A stretch of 64,000 bases of DNA, taken from a virus. Lineage: Duplodnaviria > Caudoviricetes. The number at the start of each line of letters is the position of its first letter. The stretch's first letter is position 1. Below the pieces are notes generated by a model. The model was given only the letters and a program-made list of their open reading frames with translations. It had not been told where the DNA came from and did not search any database. Positions 15,107 to 24,477 of this stretch are shown here, piece by piece. The stretch spans positions 8,452 through 72,451 of IMG/VR virus record IMGVR_UViG_3300050510_000109. The stretch is one strand, 5' to 3'. The position numbers and the translations under genes were made by a program.

Positions 15107-15520
15107 CTAATTCAGGTGTGCGTTGAGTAGCTTCTCAATGTCCGCATCGGTGAGCTTAGCTCCGCATTGGCAAGGGGTCAAGTCTTTCGTGCTGACTCCA
15201 TGCTTGAGTGCATACTGACCAAATTCGAACATGTTTGCGAGAAGCTGTCCAAGTGTTTGCTCATCAAGGGCAACAGCAAAGCCACCCTCAATTTCATGGA
15301 GTCGTTGCATAAGCCCCATGAAGATCTGAGCACATGCTTTCAGCAATGCAGGAGGGAAATGTTCTACCTCCGAACCATTGACCTGTTCATTGATGAACTG
15401 TTGCCAGACTTCGTAAATCTTGTCAACATCTCTATCGAACAGATCTCGCTGCTCATCAGAGAAATGCATTGGTGTCCTTTTTCGTGCTTCTGGGCGACCC
15501 CTCCGGGCCACCTCCAACAT
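15107..15520 (-). CDS. hypothetical protein
   Basis: ORF track. Confidence 0.65.
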   Translation of the reverse strand: MLEVARRGRPEARKRTPMHFSDEQRDLFDRDVDKIYEVWQQFINEQVNGSEVEHFPPALLKACAQIFMGLMQRLHEIEGGFAVALDEQTLGQLLANMFEFGQYALKHGVSTKDLTPCQCGAKLTDADIEKLLNAHLN

Positions 15521-15597
15521 TACATGCTCTTGACGGAGCTGTCAAGTGTACTCTGACCTGCTATGATGCATAAATGATCTTGGTCGGCCTCGACCGG

Positions 15598-15912
15598 CTA
15601 AGATTGTTTTTCTCCTGCCCACAACAAATGTCCCTCATTTATCATTACAACTGGTTCGGGACCATTTCGTCTGGCTTGGATTATTTCAACTATTACATTG
15701 GCCAATTCGGTTTCGTTGCTGCACGAACAAATCGCTTCCATTTCCCTTGGCCAAATATCATGAATGACATATACAGTATCGTATAGTTCATCCATACTAA
15801 CGGAAACGTCTATCTTTTTTCGATTACGAAATCGTCCAGAGCAGAACTTTATCTCACCTACTCCGGGTTTGTGTAGTACCTTATGTTTGTGGGTTATTTT
15901 GTGTAGCATCAT
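15598..15912 (-). CDS. hypothetical protein
   Basis: ORF track; GAGGAG RBS. Confidence 0.65.
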   Translation of the reverse strand: MMLHKITHKHKVLHKPGVGEIKFCSGRFRNRKKIDVSVSMDELYDTVYVIHDIWPREMEAICSCSNETELANVIVEIIQARRNGPEPVVMINEGHLLWAGEKQS

Positions 15913-15964
15913 TCTCCTCAGTAAGTTTTAGTGAACGCACACCTGAGTGTGCGCTCAATGAAAC

Positions 15965-16276
15965 CTACCCACGCTCTAGGATCTTCTTTCGACACAAGAT
16001 AGCGAAATCTACCGCCGCGTCGCGCACGTCCGCCAACTCGCTCAATGTCAACAAGTCTAGGTTGTCGGAAGCTTCCGTTTTTCGCGATCTTAACATAGCT
16101 TGGAACGCAAGTACGGCTTCGCTTGTAAGACTAATAAGCGAGAGAATTCTTACGTCGTTTGTGATGAGCTGGACCTCTTGGGTGAGATGATCCATCACCA
16201 TCATTTGATTCAACTTGCCAGGTCCAGTTTTTTCCATCCCAAGTGTACTTTCCCTTGTGTGCCCTGACCAAATCAA
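15965..16276 (-). CDS. hypothetical protein (start uncertain)
   Basis: ORF track. Confidence 0.4.
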   Translation of the reverse strand: MIWSGHTRESTLGMEKTGPGKLNQMMVMDHLTQEVQLITNDVRILSLISLTSEAVLAFQAMLRSRKTEASDNLDLLTLSELADVRDAAVDFAILCRKKILERG

Positions 16277-16418
16277 TCATGACGATTCCGTCCCAAGTCT
16301 GGGAAGCCGTTAGCTTGATTCCGTCTCTTGGTCCACCTATGGCTTTTCCAGTCACCATGGGTGCATGCGGTCTAGGACGATATGGTGTGAGATCTAGATC
16401 TGGGTCGGGCTTTTTCAT
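16131..16418 (-). CDS. hypothetical protein
   Basis: ORF track. Confidence 0.5.
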   Translation of the reverse strand: MKKPDPDLDLTPYRPRPHAPMVTGKAIGGPRDGIKLTASQTWDGIVMIDLVRAHKGKYTWDGKNWTWQVESNDGDGSSHPRGPAHHKRRKNSLAY

Positions 16419-16584
16419 TTACTAGACTCCGTTGGTTTTGGCTGCTTGCCTTGTTGTAGGCCACAGCAGGATGGAGACTGACTAGGTTCAGATTTTCCCT
16501 TTGTACAGTCTGCCGCCCCCAAAAGAATCGCCACTGCCATAAGTGCGGCAATGAACGTTGTTACTAGAATTCCTTTTCTCAATT

Positions 16585-16776
16585 TTATCCAATCGAATAG
16601 GTGCCAACCTCGTCATCACGATCCAGCAAGACACTAGCTATCGCCTCGCCGGTAATCATGAGTCCAACAAAGCTGGTCGGTGCCATGTAGTAATAACGTC
16701 CGGTCTCTTCGTCTACAACGCAGAAAGCCAAACCTTCTGACACCAACTCATCCAACATTTCTTTTATTGATTGCAT
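16585..16776 (-). CDS. hypothetical protein
   Basis: start trimmed to MQSIKEML. Confidence 0.5.
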   Translation of the reverse strand: MQSIKEMLDELVSEGLAFCVVDEETGRYYYMAPTSFVGLMITGEAIASVLLDRDDEVGTYSIG

Positions 16777-16840
16777 ACTTTCCCCTAATGTTGAACTTAT
16801 TGGACATACCTCATTTGAGGTACATCCAATGAACCCAACA

Positions 16841-17047
16841 TTAACTCGTCTTCCAGTCATCTGGAAGCGTCTTGTAGCGCTTGATCCAACGGTCCAGGGC
16901 TTCAAAGCACGCCTGCGCCGCGCCGTAGGCCGAAGCCATGGCGGTATTCTCGCCGCCAAAGGCGTGAGACTGTGCCTGCTCGAAGTACCTTCTAGTAAGT
17001 TCAAGCTGTTCGTTTACCGTATTTTGGATCTTGATTTCATCCAGCAT
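16841..17047 (-). CDS. hypothetical protein
   Basis: ORF track. Confidence 0.6.
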   Translation of the reverse strand: MLDEIKIQNTVNEQLELTRRYFEQAQSHAFGGENTAMASAYGAAQACFEALDRWIKRYKTLPDDWKTS

Positions 17048-17059
17048 GATTACACCCTT

Positions 17060-17380
17060 TTAGTTGCTTGGTGCCTTGAACTTCTTGGCAGCTTCGTCTA
17101 TCGCTCGTCCTACATCGCGGGCGATACGTTCCGCAGCGACAATTTGATCCACTGCCTCGCCCATTTCCTTGCACAGACTGTCACGAAACTGCATCAGTCC
17201 TTGTTCGTCGTTCATTCCTTCAACAAGAGCCGACACCATAGCCATAGCGCAGGCGTCACACTTGCCTTGGCCAACCTTGTACTTGTGTGCAGTGAAGAAC
17301 TTGTAAGCGTTAAACCCATCGACCATAGACGCCAGAAGCTGCAACATCTTGGTCTCACGCTCGACTTGCACGGGGTCCAA
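17060..17380 (-). CDS. hypothetical protein
   Basis: ORF track. Confidence 0.6.
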   Translation of the reverse strand: MDPVQVERETKMLQLLASMVDGFNAYKFFTAHKYKVGQGKCDACAMAMVSALVEGMNDEQGLMQFRDSLCKEMGEAVDQIVAAERIARDVGRAIDEAAKKFKAPSN

Positions 17381-17400
17381 TTTTCTCTCCCTGTCAAACG

Positions 17401-17430
17401 AAAAGGGGCCTGGTCAGCCCCTATTTGTTT
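17401..17430. terminator. intrinsic terminator
   Basis: aggggc/gcccct stem flanked by A and T runs. Confidence 0.55.
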
Positions 17431-17503
17431 TGCGTTTTATCTGGTCCTCAGCCCGACCAATCTATTACCATTCTAACAGATCAACTTGTAGCCTGCTAGA
17501 CAT

Positions 17504-17842
17504 TTACTCGATCCTTCCGCTTTCACCTACAGTACATCCGTAAGCAACTTCCTCGGAAGGATCAAACAGTATTTCCCTATCGCAGTTGTCGCACCATATG
17601 CCCACGCTCGGCTTCATCACAGGTATCTGTTCATCATCCGAACACGGACAGTAGTGGAAATTACAATCAGTTACGAACCCGTTCATATCCAGGTTCGCCC
17701 ATTCATGGTCATGCATGTGAAGATTACACACCTCACACGCCCGACCTGTTGAATCTAACCCGCGTAACTCTTCTTTGTGGAATATCATTTGAGCCACCAT
17801 TGTGTTGTGGATGTTACGTGGTGTGCACCACAGTATCGGCAA
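17504..17842 (-). CDS. Cys-rich hypothetical protein
   Basis: several CxxC motifs. Confidence 0.55.
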   Translation of the reverse strand: MPILWCTPRNIHNTMVAQMIFHKEELRGLDSTGRACEVCNLHMHDHEWANLDMNGFVTDCNFHYCPCSDDEQIPVMKPSVGIWCDNCDREILFDPSEEVAYGCTVGESGRIE

Positions 17843-18043
17843 TGGTAAACGTTGGTAAGTTTTGCATTTTTCGCAAGGATCTTATCCGCGACTAGTCTAG
17901 TCAGCTTTGTCTTACCGGTCACCTTGCACGTGTTGCTTTTCTTTTTCGGCATGGATTATATCCCAACGGAACATTGCCATACAATTTAAATTTTAATGAA
18001 CCTGCACCCTTTAGAGTACAGGTTCAATGAAACCGAAATTGCA

Positions 18044-18817
18044 TTAGCGCGAACGCCAAGGCGGAAGAGCCTTAGACCGCTTCATCTTGTTGTATGTCTC
18101 AACGGCAAGATCAGCGACTGCATTGGCCACATTCTTATTGTAAGCCGTGTGCACGCCACGCGCCATACCCAGGAACTTGTCTGGACCACCCTCAAAGAGG
18201 GCAAGCCGCTCGACAAGAGACTTGTCGTTGATTTCCTCGCCGTAACGGGTGTACACAAGTCCGATACCCTCAACGAGAGAACCATTGACGGCCGAACTGT
18301 TGTGACCCCACGCACGAGTGATGGTGGAAATGGTGCGCTCCACCGCATTCTGATCACGGTTCCAGATTTTCTCGATCGAGCTTACGGCCGCAAAGCAGCC
18401 CTCGCCCGTTCCCGCAACTACCTTCCAACCATGCTGGTTAAGCACAGCGTTGATGGCGACTGCGGAAGGCTCCTGCTCCTCAATCCTAACGAGGAACTTG
18501 GTCAGAGCCTGGAGCTTTGCCGTGTTGTTGTAGAGTCGGAACAGCCGCGCTTCGTCTTCCTTGGTAAGATCCATGAAGACTCGACAATCGACCTTTGCCT
18601 CATCGCCCTCGGCGATACGAACCGTTTCGGTCCTGTGCTGTCCGTCGATGATATGGAAGTATCCATTTCCACGATCGGAAACGACAAACGTTCCCAGCGC
18701 ATCCCGATCGAATTCCGCAGCCATCCTGTTGACTCGACGCCAATCAAGACCTCGCTGCAACTTCGCATCAACAATCAGCTTAGAAATCGGAAGCTCTCTT
18801 TTAACTGACTTGTGCAT
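18044..18817 (-). CDS. ParB/Srx-superfamily protein with DGQHR motif
   Basis: LQRGLD...RVNRMAAEFD...GTFVVSDR...IIDGQHR. Confidence 0.8.
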   Translation of the reverse strand: MHKSVKRELPISKLIVDAKLQRGLDWRRVNRMAAEFDRDALGTFVVSDRGNGYFHIIDGQHRTETVRIAEGDEAKVDCRVFMDLTKEDEARLFRLYNNTAKLQALTKFLVRIEEQEPSAVAINAVLNQHGWKVVAGTGEGCFAAVSSIEKIWNRDQNAVERTISTITRAWGHNSSAVNGSLVEGIGLVYTRYGEEINDKSLVERLALFEGGPDKFLGMARGVHTAYNKNVANAVADLAVETYNKMKRSKALPPWRSR

Positions 18818-19694
18818 TCTTCTTGTCCTTTAGCCTTCTGATGATTTGTTCGATATTTCGGCGAGTGTCCGACAGGCTCTTGATCCATTGATCCAGTTCG
18901 TCGTCCGTTATTTCTGAATTGATTTTTTCAATTCTTTGGAGCAACATTACCGTACCAGACATACTCGGCAACCCTCTTTCAAAGGCATACCTTTGCTCTC
19001 TGGCTTCGGCACTGGTTGACTTCCTTTTGCTCAACGTTGGTTGAGGCTTGGTAATTTCCAAAATCTTGTTGTAACTCGTACTTACTATTCCACTAGCGTT
19101 CATCTCTGCTAGTGCCTGCTTAGCTACGGCTTGCTGCTTGGGATTAAGACTTTCATCGTTGGCAGCTTTAACCACAGCTTTTGCTCTTGCGTAGGTTGTC
19201 CGAGATAGCCCAATGGCATCCCCAACAATCTCGTTTGTCCTAGTTGAATTTCTGTTTTTAGGCGATTCGTCTGACTCAGTTGACATCGGTCTCACCTGAG
19301 ACCGATGTTTGTCCAAGTCTGTGCGTGCGCCTTGTCGTCCTTTGGCTTTCGGTCTTTCTAGCTCTTCCAATGCCAAACCAAGATTGACCAACTCTTCAGG
19401 GGTCATCTCTTTGCGTTCGGTATTTTCGTCGCGTTCCGCAGTCAACTTTGTTGCTGCGGATTCCAGGTCATCTGTTACATAACATGCGATTATCCGCCAT
19501 CCAAGGTGTTTGCATGCTTCCAAACGACGCTCACCAGCAATGAGTAAACCTTCACTGGTCAAGGTAATAGGATTGAGCAAACCAACTTTCGCAATGGATG
19601 CAGCCAGACTGGGAATATCTCCCAAATCCTGCCGATGTCTTGGTCCGACCTTAATTGAGTCTATCGTCCGTTTGATTAGTCTGCGATCTCTCAT
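18801..19694 (-). CDS. ParB/Spo0J-like protein (ParB N domain + HTH)
   Basis: RHRQDLGDIPSLAASIAKVGLLNPI...LIAGERRLEA; HTH EIVGDAIGLSRTTYARAK. Confidence 0.88.
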   Translation of the reverse strand: MRDRRLIKRTIDSIKVGPRHRQDLGDIPSLAASIAKVGLLNPITLTSEGLLIAGERRLEACKHLGWRIIACYVTDDLESAATKLTAERDENTERKEMTPEELVNLGLALEELERPKAKGRQGARTDLDKHRSQVRPMSTESDESPKNRNSTRTNEIVGDAIGLSRTTYARAKAVVKAANDESLNPKQQAVAKQALAEMNASGIVSTSYNKILEITKPQPTLSKRKSTSAEAREQRYAFERGLPSMSGTVMLLQRIEKINSEITDDELDQWIKSLSDTRRNIEQIIRRLKDKKNAQVS

Positions 19695-19867
19695 CGATCA
19701 GACTTTCTCGGCCCTTCCACACTGTCAATGTGGTTCTGAAGAATCTGTGCCACCAACTTACTCATGTCGGTGTTCGATTCAGCAGCTTTTACCTTTAGCC
19801 AGTGGCGTGTGTTCGCGGGCAAGTTCAGCCCCACACGCACCATGGCTTGCTGTTCATTGGTGCTCAT
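19691..19867 (-). CDS. ribbon-helix-helix (Arc/CopG-like) regulator
   Basis: VRVGLNLPANTRHWLKVKAAESNTDMSKLVAQIL; start trimmed to MSTNEQ. Confidence 0.7.
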   Translation of the reverse strand: MSTNEQQAMVRVGLNLPANTRHWLKVKAAESNTDMSKLVAQILQNHIDSVEGPRKSDR

Positions 19868-19937
19868 ACCACTAGCGTAGCACACGCACACGCACTCGAC
19901 AAGTGTGTAGCACACACGCGTTTTGTCCGAATTGCGT

Positions 19938-19961
19938 GGAATTTTTCCGATTTTGCGATCT
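19938..19961 (-). promoter_or_regulatory. AGATCGC...AAAATTCC element, copy 1 of 3
   Basis: similar copies at 28690-28713 and 31865-31888, each upstream of a leftward gene. Confidence 0.5.
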
Positions 19962-19965
19962 TAAT

Positions 19966-19996
19966 AAAAAGGACCACCAAAAAGGTGGTCTTTTTT
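19966..19996. terminator. bidirectional intrinsic terminator
   Basis: aaaaaggaccacc / ggtggtctttttt. Confidence 0.75.
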
Positions 19997-20097
19997 GTGG
20001 GTTAAAAGGGAATCGAACCCAAACTACATATCTGATTGGTTGCCAGACCTCACAGATACGGTGAGAAATATGAATCGCTGGCACAATTCATACCCAC
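19996..20097 (-). ncRNA. enlarged cloverleaf tRNA-like RNA
   Basis: GTGGGT/ACCCAC; ATGAATT/GATTCAT; CTCAC-CGTATCT-GTGAG; TCTG/CAGA; GGG-TTCGATT-CCC. Confidence 0.5.
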
Positions 20098-20475
20098 GGT
20101 ACCATACTAACCCATGATGCTGGAATCACCCACTATCCAGCGTTCTGCCACCATCACCACGCAACAACCAACAGGGTTGATAGTGCCTAAGCTTCAACGT
20201 CTCCCACTTGCTCAACGTATGTGGTCTCTCAGTGTTGACTCCACTTAGGCGCTCAAGCTGATTGCTATTGGCAGTCCCTTTATTCATATATTTTAGCGAG
20301 TGGCGATTCTTATCGAATCTTTAAACCGTTGACTAGACGGCCCTATCCGGGAGTCAGCCGGACCACCCTCGCTTACGAGCTTTGCTAGAAGCTCAATTGC
20401 CCGCTGCCTCCACCGGGTTTTGGTGGACGTTAACGCCACCTTAGACAGATTCCACTAGCAAAGCTCTAGACGAAA

Positions 20476-20493
20476 GGGGCGGTTTCCCGCCCC
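20476..20493 (-). terminator. GC-rich terminator-like hairpin
   Basis: ggggcgg/ccgcccc after gene 20508. Confidence 0.5.
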
Positions 20494-20507
20494 TGTCATC
20501 TGGAACC

Positions 20508-21179
20508 TTACTCGTCGCCGTTCTTCTCGTTCTTCTCGGCGTCGGCAATTTCCTTCTTGCCGTCTTCAGTCTCAAGGTACTGGTTGTATGCCTCATCGGC
20601 ATCGGCCCAAGTAGCTCCGACCTCATTGAGCAGTTCCGTGATTCGTGCATAGCGCTTCTTCATCTTCTCAAGTTGCGCCTTGAACTTACCAGCTCGCAGA
20701 ATGCGGGTTTCACGCCGCTCAGGAGTCATCGAAGCCCCACCACCAGTGCCACGCTCCGGCCGGGTGTCCCAAGCCTCCAGACCCTCGCTCAGGGGGATAA
20801 CGACCCCAAGCTTGGTGCCATCGGCAGTGACTGCCTCAAGCGATGGGAGCGCCCAGCGCTTGCCGCGCGTGGCGGCGTAGACGGCCTGAGTGTCAACCAT
20901 GTCGTTCTGGCCAGGCGTGCGCCCTTCCTTCATGGCCTGCTCAAGGTTTCGCTGAGTCAATGCCCAAGCGAAACCACGAACATCGACAAATCCCGTAGGA
21001 AGCTTGTCGATCGACTCAACCTCAAGAGTCTTGCGTGGCTCAGTGTTGGTGTCCGAATTCTCATCAGTCTCAGTGGCAACCACAGTCGCCTGCTTGTCCG
21101 ATTCGTCTGGAGTTGGCTGCTCGACCTGCTCAGACGGCTTAACCTCAGTGTCCATCAGGTCGTCAAACATCCCACCCAT
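20508..21179 (-). CDS. hypothetical protein, acidic N-terminus
   Basis: ORF track; GAGGAG RBS. Confidence 0.75.
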   Translation of the reverse strand: MGGMFDDLMDTEVKPSEQVEQPTPDESDKQATVVATETDENSDTNTEPRKTLEVESIDKLPTGFVDVRGFAWALTQRNLEQAMKEGRTPGQNDMVDTQAVYAATRGKRWALPSLEAVTADGTKLGVVIPLSEGLEAWDTRPERGTGGGASMTPERRETRILRAGKFKAQLEKMKKRYARITELLNEVGATWADADEAYNQYLETEDGKKEIADAEKNEKNGDE

Positions 21180-21396
21180 GATAACTGTTCTCCTCTTATT
21201 GTTTGGGGATTGCTTGCTTGTGACTTAAGCGTATCTCGGTTTCTCCGGATCGTCAAGTCGAAACAGCCCATAATCTCAAGATTTTTTCTTGCTCTTATGG
21301 GCCGTGTCCACTGGGCGCTTCTGGTCTTCTCCGCGCATGTGCAGATACTCTCCGTACAACCATATAGGCAAGGTGAAGATGATAGCTAAACCGCAG

Positions 21397-21612
21397 CTAA
21401 GAACGGTAGCGCCCAGCATGCACCAACGGAGCGTGTTGATATTCTTCATATCCTCGATTATCTCTGTAGCCTCCTGACATAACTAGGACTGTGCCCATTA
21501 TGATCAGGATGGCGGCGAATATCCAGATTAGTACGATTATTATCACTTTTATGAGCTTGTCGTAGAAGTCCACTATCTTTTTGATCCTCGTTTTTGCCTC
21601 AAGACCAACCAT
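21397..21612 (-). CDS. small membrane protein
   Basis: one hydrophobic helix. Confidence 0.45.
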   Translation of the reverse strand: MVGLEAKTRIKKIVDFYDKLIKVIIIVLIWIFAAILIIMGTVLVMSGGYRDNRGYEEYQHAPLVHAGRYRS

Positions 21613-21651
21613 AGCTCGGTAAGGTGGCTGGTCTCCATGAGGACTAGTCGC

Positions 21652-22086
21652 TCACGTAGTATTTGCGCCATCATGGCGCGCAACCGTGCTTCCGTTTCCT
21701 TGTCCATTTATCTTCACCATGTACGTCCACAGATGATTGTCAGATTGAACAGAAGCCATGATGTCTTCTGGGTCGGTAACGGTATTCATCACGCCCCAAT
21801 GAGACTGCCATAGCTTGATGAAGTAATCTAGATCTTTCGTTGTCATGAGTTCTTTCCACCACCAAGCCCTATAGAGCTTTTGTTGGCGTTCCAAGCGCTT
21901 GGCATTGCGGTGGTATTTCGTGGCTACAGCCGCGTCACCCTCATGTTTGTGTCCGTTTATGTGCTTGTGACGTTTGCCTGAACCGGTATTGCAGGTCAGG
22001 CAATGCCAAAACCAGTGTCCGTCTTTCTCGTAGTAGTGAGTGACGCATTCCTCAACAGGAAAATCACTCATCTTTTTCAGCACCAT
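21652..22086 (-). CDS. hypothetical protein, CxxC/His motif
   Basis: ORF track. Confidence 0.6.
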   Translation of the reverse strand: MVLKKMSDFPVEECVTHYYEKDGHWFWHCLTCNTGSGKRHKHINGHKHEGDAAVATKYHRNAKRLERQQKLYRAWWWKELMTTKDLDYFIKLWQSHWGVMNTVTDPEDIMASVQSDNHLWTYMVKINGQGNGSTVARHDGANTT

Positions 22087-22252
22087 CTAAGTCCGCTCCA
22101 AACACATTTGACCAATCGGCCAAACTTACAGCTTGGACAAGTAGAGCCGTCCCTTGCGGTAAAGCCGTGTTGGCCACAATGACCACAGTGGTAACGGACA
22201 GGATAACGCTTAGTGCTCATCTTAGCGTCTCCTAACTATTATCTTGTAGAAC

Positions 22253-22336
22253 GCCTCCTAGATGCGAATCGAACGCACCGCGACGCTACTGCGATCCAAT
22301 ATCTACAGTCGTGCGCCTCGCCAAACCAGCAGGAGT
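22253..22336 (-). ncRNA. degenerate tRNA-like element
   Basis: CTCCTG/TAGGAG; GGTGCG-TTCGATT-CGCATC; CTGTAGA (Tyr-like loop) unpaired. Confidence 0.4.
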
Positions 22337-22346
22337 CCCTTCTGAG

Positions 22347-22574
22347 TCACCCCTCAGGAGTTATTGCCTCGATATTTTCCGAGTATTGCAAATTTTCATC
22401 TCTCACATACGGTAGTTCTTCCATGAAGCTACCGATCTTTTCTGACCTTTCCATATCACGCTCAAAGGCAATGGCTTGCTCTTTGGTCATGTCTGGATAA
22501 GCCTTGCTGCTCAGTGTGCGAGTTATACTAATTGTCTGATTTATCTTAATTTGCCAGTCGCGGTTCTCGCTCAT
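22347..22574 (-). CDS. hypothetical protein
   Basis: ORF track. Confidence 0.6.
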   Translation of the reverse strand: MSENRDWQIKINQTISITRTLSSKAYPDMTKEQAIAFERDMERSEKIGSFMEELPYVRDENLQYSENIEAITPEG

Positions 22575-22583
22575 GTTCCTATC

Positions 22584-22892
22584 CTACACGTAGAATCCAG
22601 GATTGTCCACGGCAGTTTTCACCAATGATTGGTGCTGTGCCGTGGTGGTGGAAAACTTCGTAGTGGGAATAATCCATGTGTCTTTGCTGAGTGCCCACGC
22701 AATCGGCGTAGCGTAACTACGGATCACATAAACAGCTTTATCAATGGCGTGAGCTTCTTTTTTGGGCATACGTCCAAGGTCTACTTTTTCTCCTCGGACG
22801 CGCGGCTTACCCGTCAAGCTGCCAACGTTGAATTCAGTCAGGCTGTCAATGCCTTTTTGAACCAGCTTCAGTGACTGCTGTCCAAGTGCCAT
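22584..22892 (-). CDS. hypothetical protein
   Basis: ORF track; AAGGG RBS. Confidence 0.65.
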   Translation of the reverse strand: MALGQQSLKLVQKGIDSLTEFNVGSLTGKPRVRGEKVDLGRMPKKEAHAIDKAVYVIRSYATPIAWALSKDTWIIPTTKFSTTTAQHQSLVKTAVDNPGFYV

Positions 22893-23056
22893 GTTAACCC
22901 TTTCTTGTGACCAACCAAATCATAATTAAAAAGGTAGCGCATGGGGCAATCATTAGTGTCGCCCACACAAACGCCTCTGGCCAATTCATTTTGTTGCTCC
23001 TTAATGGTACATGACGACCGACAAGCCTGCAACGGTTTGTCAGCCATCATGAAACA

Positions 23057-23350
23057 TTAAACCTCTTCTGGCACCGATCTCAGTTGCCCGATCTTTTCCA
23101 CCCATAGAGCGGTCAGCTCACGGGCTGTGTGCGAACTGCCAGGACCGGCCGCAACGTCAAAGCCATACCACATTCCGTTACCGATGTCCAAATCATCTAG
23201 ACCATAGCCATAGAAGCCGTAAAGCTGCCCCAATAGGCAATCGTGCGGATCACCCATATTTAGCGTGTCAAGGTTGATTTCATCGATCCAGTCTGGGTTT
23301 GCTTTGTTGAGCTTACGCACGCCGCGCCAGATGAAGAACTTACGTAGCAT
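23057..23350 (-). CDS. tandem paralog family member 1
   Basis: PDWIDEINLDTLNM...CLLGQLYG. Confidence 0.7.
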   Translation of the reverse strand: MLRKFFIWRGVRKLNKANPDWIDEINLDTLNMGDPHDCLLGQLYGFYGYGLDDLDIGNGMWYGFDVAAGPGSSHTARELTALWVEKIGQLRSVPEEV

Positions 23351-23621
23351 TTCGCCTCTTCTCGATTTCGTTTTTCCATGCTTGCTCTAACTCCCCATCG
23401 CTCACGGCGATTTGAGAATTGAACCCATAAAAGCACCCTCCACCGAACGGAATCCGCAATTGGCATAGGCCATTGAAGAAGTCTCCGTACAGTTGCCCGA
23501 GAATGCACACGAGGCCATCGGTTATGTCGAGGGTTTCGAGATCTATCTCATTTTCCCAGCCTGGCCGGTCGGCATCCAGCAGAGAAATTCCTCTTGTCAC
23601 ACTTTCAACGGTTTTGTCCAT
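23340..23621 (-). CDS. tandem paralog family member 2
   Basis: PGWENEIDLETLDI...CILGQLYG. Confidence 0.7.
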   Translation of the reverse strand: MDKTVESVTRGISLLDADRPGWENEIDLETLDITDGLVCILGQLYGDFFNGLCQLRIPFGGGCFYGFNSQIAVSDGELEQAWKNEIEKRRNAT

Positions 23622-23692
23622 TTTATCCGTTCCTCACTTTGCCTGGTGTTCCCCAATGCTGAGGCCTTTTGTTCCCTCAGCAAAGGGCAAAA

Positions 23693-23980
23693 TCAGGATC
23701 GCCGTGCGGTTATTTCCTTGATCCATTCATCACGCAAGTCGGGGTGACTCGACGCTGAAATTAGATCAGGACAGAAACCCAGATTCACAGCTTGCCCGTG
23801 CTGGTTGATAACGTTCATGCCGCGCACAAAGTCTCCAAAGAGTTGGCCAAGTACGCAGTCAGTTCCGCTGATCAGATCGAGTCTTTCCAGGTCGATCTTA
23901 GATTCCCAGCCGGGGTAATAAATGTCCAGGATCTTGCTTCCTCGATCAACAGCCTGAGCTGCAAACTGTTGTGATTCCAT
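23693..23980 (-). CDS. tandem paralog family member 3
   Basis: PGWESKIDLERLDL...CVLGQLFG. Confidence 0.7.
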   Translation of the reverse strand: MESQQFAAQAVDRGSKILDIYYPGWESKIDLERLDLISGTDCVLGQLFGDFVRGMNVINQHGQAVNLGFCPDLISASSHPDLRDEWIKEITARRS

Positions 23981-23998
23981 TATGCCGACTTTCTTGTT

Positions 23999-24217
23999 TC
24001 ACTTGGCTGCCATGTAGTATGACACGTCGCCGCGCGCACACATGTAGCAGGTTATCTTAGGGTTGTTGGCTCGATCCTTCATACAGATACGCTCTTGCGG
24101 TTCATAGTGAACAAGGCTCCCTTGATCTTTCAGTTCGAAAGCCTTTACTCTATCGTAAACGTACCCGATGCTTTCGGTATTCCTCACGAGCCATGCTGGG
24201 ATCACATGAATTCTCAT
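23999..24217 (-). CDS. hypothetical protein
   Basis: ORF track. Confidence 0.55.
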   Translation of the reverse strand: MRIHVIPAWLVRNTESIGYVYDRVKAFELKDQGSLVHYEPQERICMKDRANNPKITCYMCARGDVSYYMAAK

Positions 24218-24477
24218 GATCCACGTGTCCAGTAGTCATCTGGCAACCACTGGAGTTGTACGTTTCGATCCGTTTTCACCAACTCTAGGAACTTCGCTAA
24301 GGCATCGACAGTTTCATTGCCGGTTACCTCTTCAAACTTCCACATATCCAGCGGGCTAGGCCCGTGCGTGCCGATGTACCACTTACCAGGGGATTTCATT
24401 TCTTTCATGACTCGACCAACTCTCTTGCGGTTGGTGCCGTTTTGTACAGGGTAACCCACTTGTATGGGTAACTCCAC
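24214..24477 (-). CDS. hypothetical protein
   Basis: ORF track, 4-nt overlap. Confidence 0.55.
   Translation of the reverse strand: MELPIQVGYPVQNGTNRKRVGRVMKEMKSPGKWYIGTHGPSPLDMWKFEEVTGNETVDALAKFLELVKTDRNVQLQWLPDDYWTRGS

Noticed and set aside
17996-18808. 270-aa plus-strand ORF and other long antisense ORFs (36565-37269, 37609-38412, 39693-40535, 41233-42009, 48836-50185)
   Set aside because: Shadow frames opposite genes with clear family motifs.
19996-20097. tRNA-Sec/Pyl
   Set aside because: No TCA or CTA anticodon, the loop lacks U33, and the acceptor is too short.
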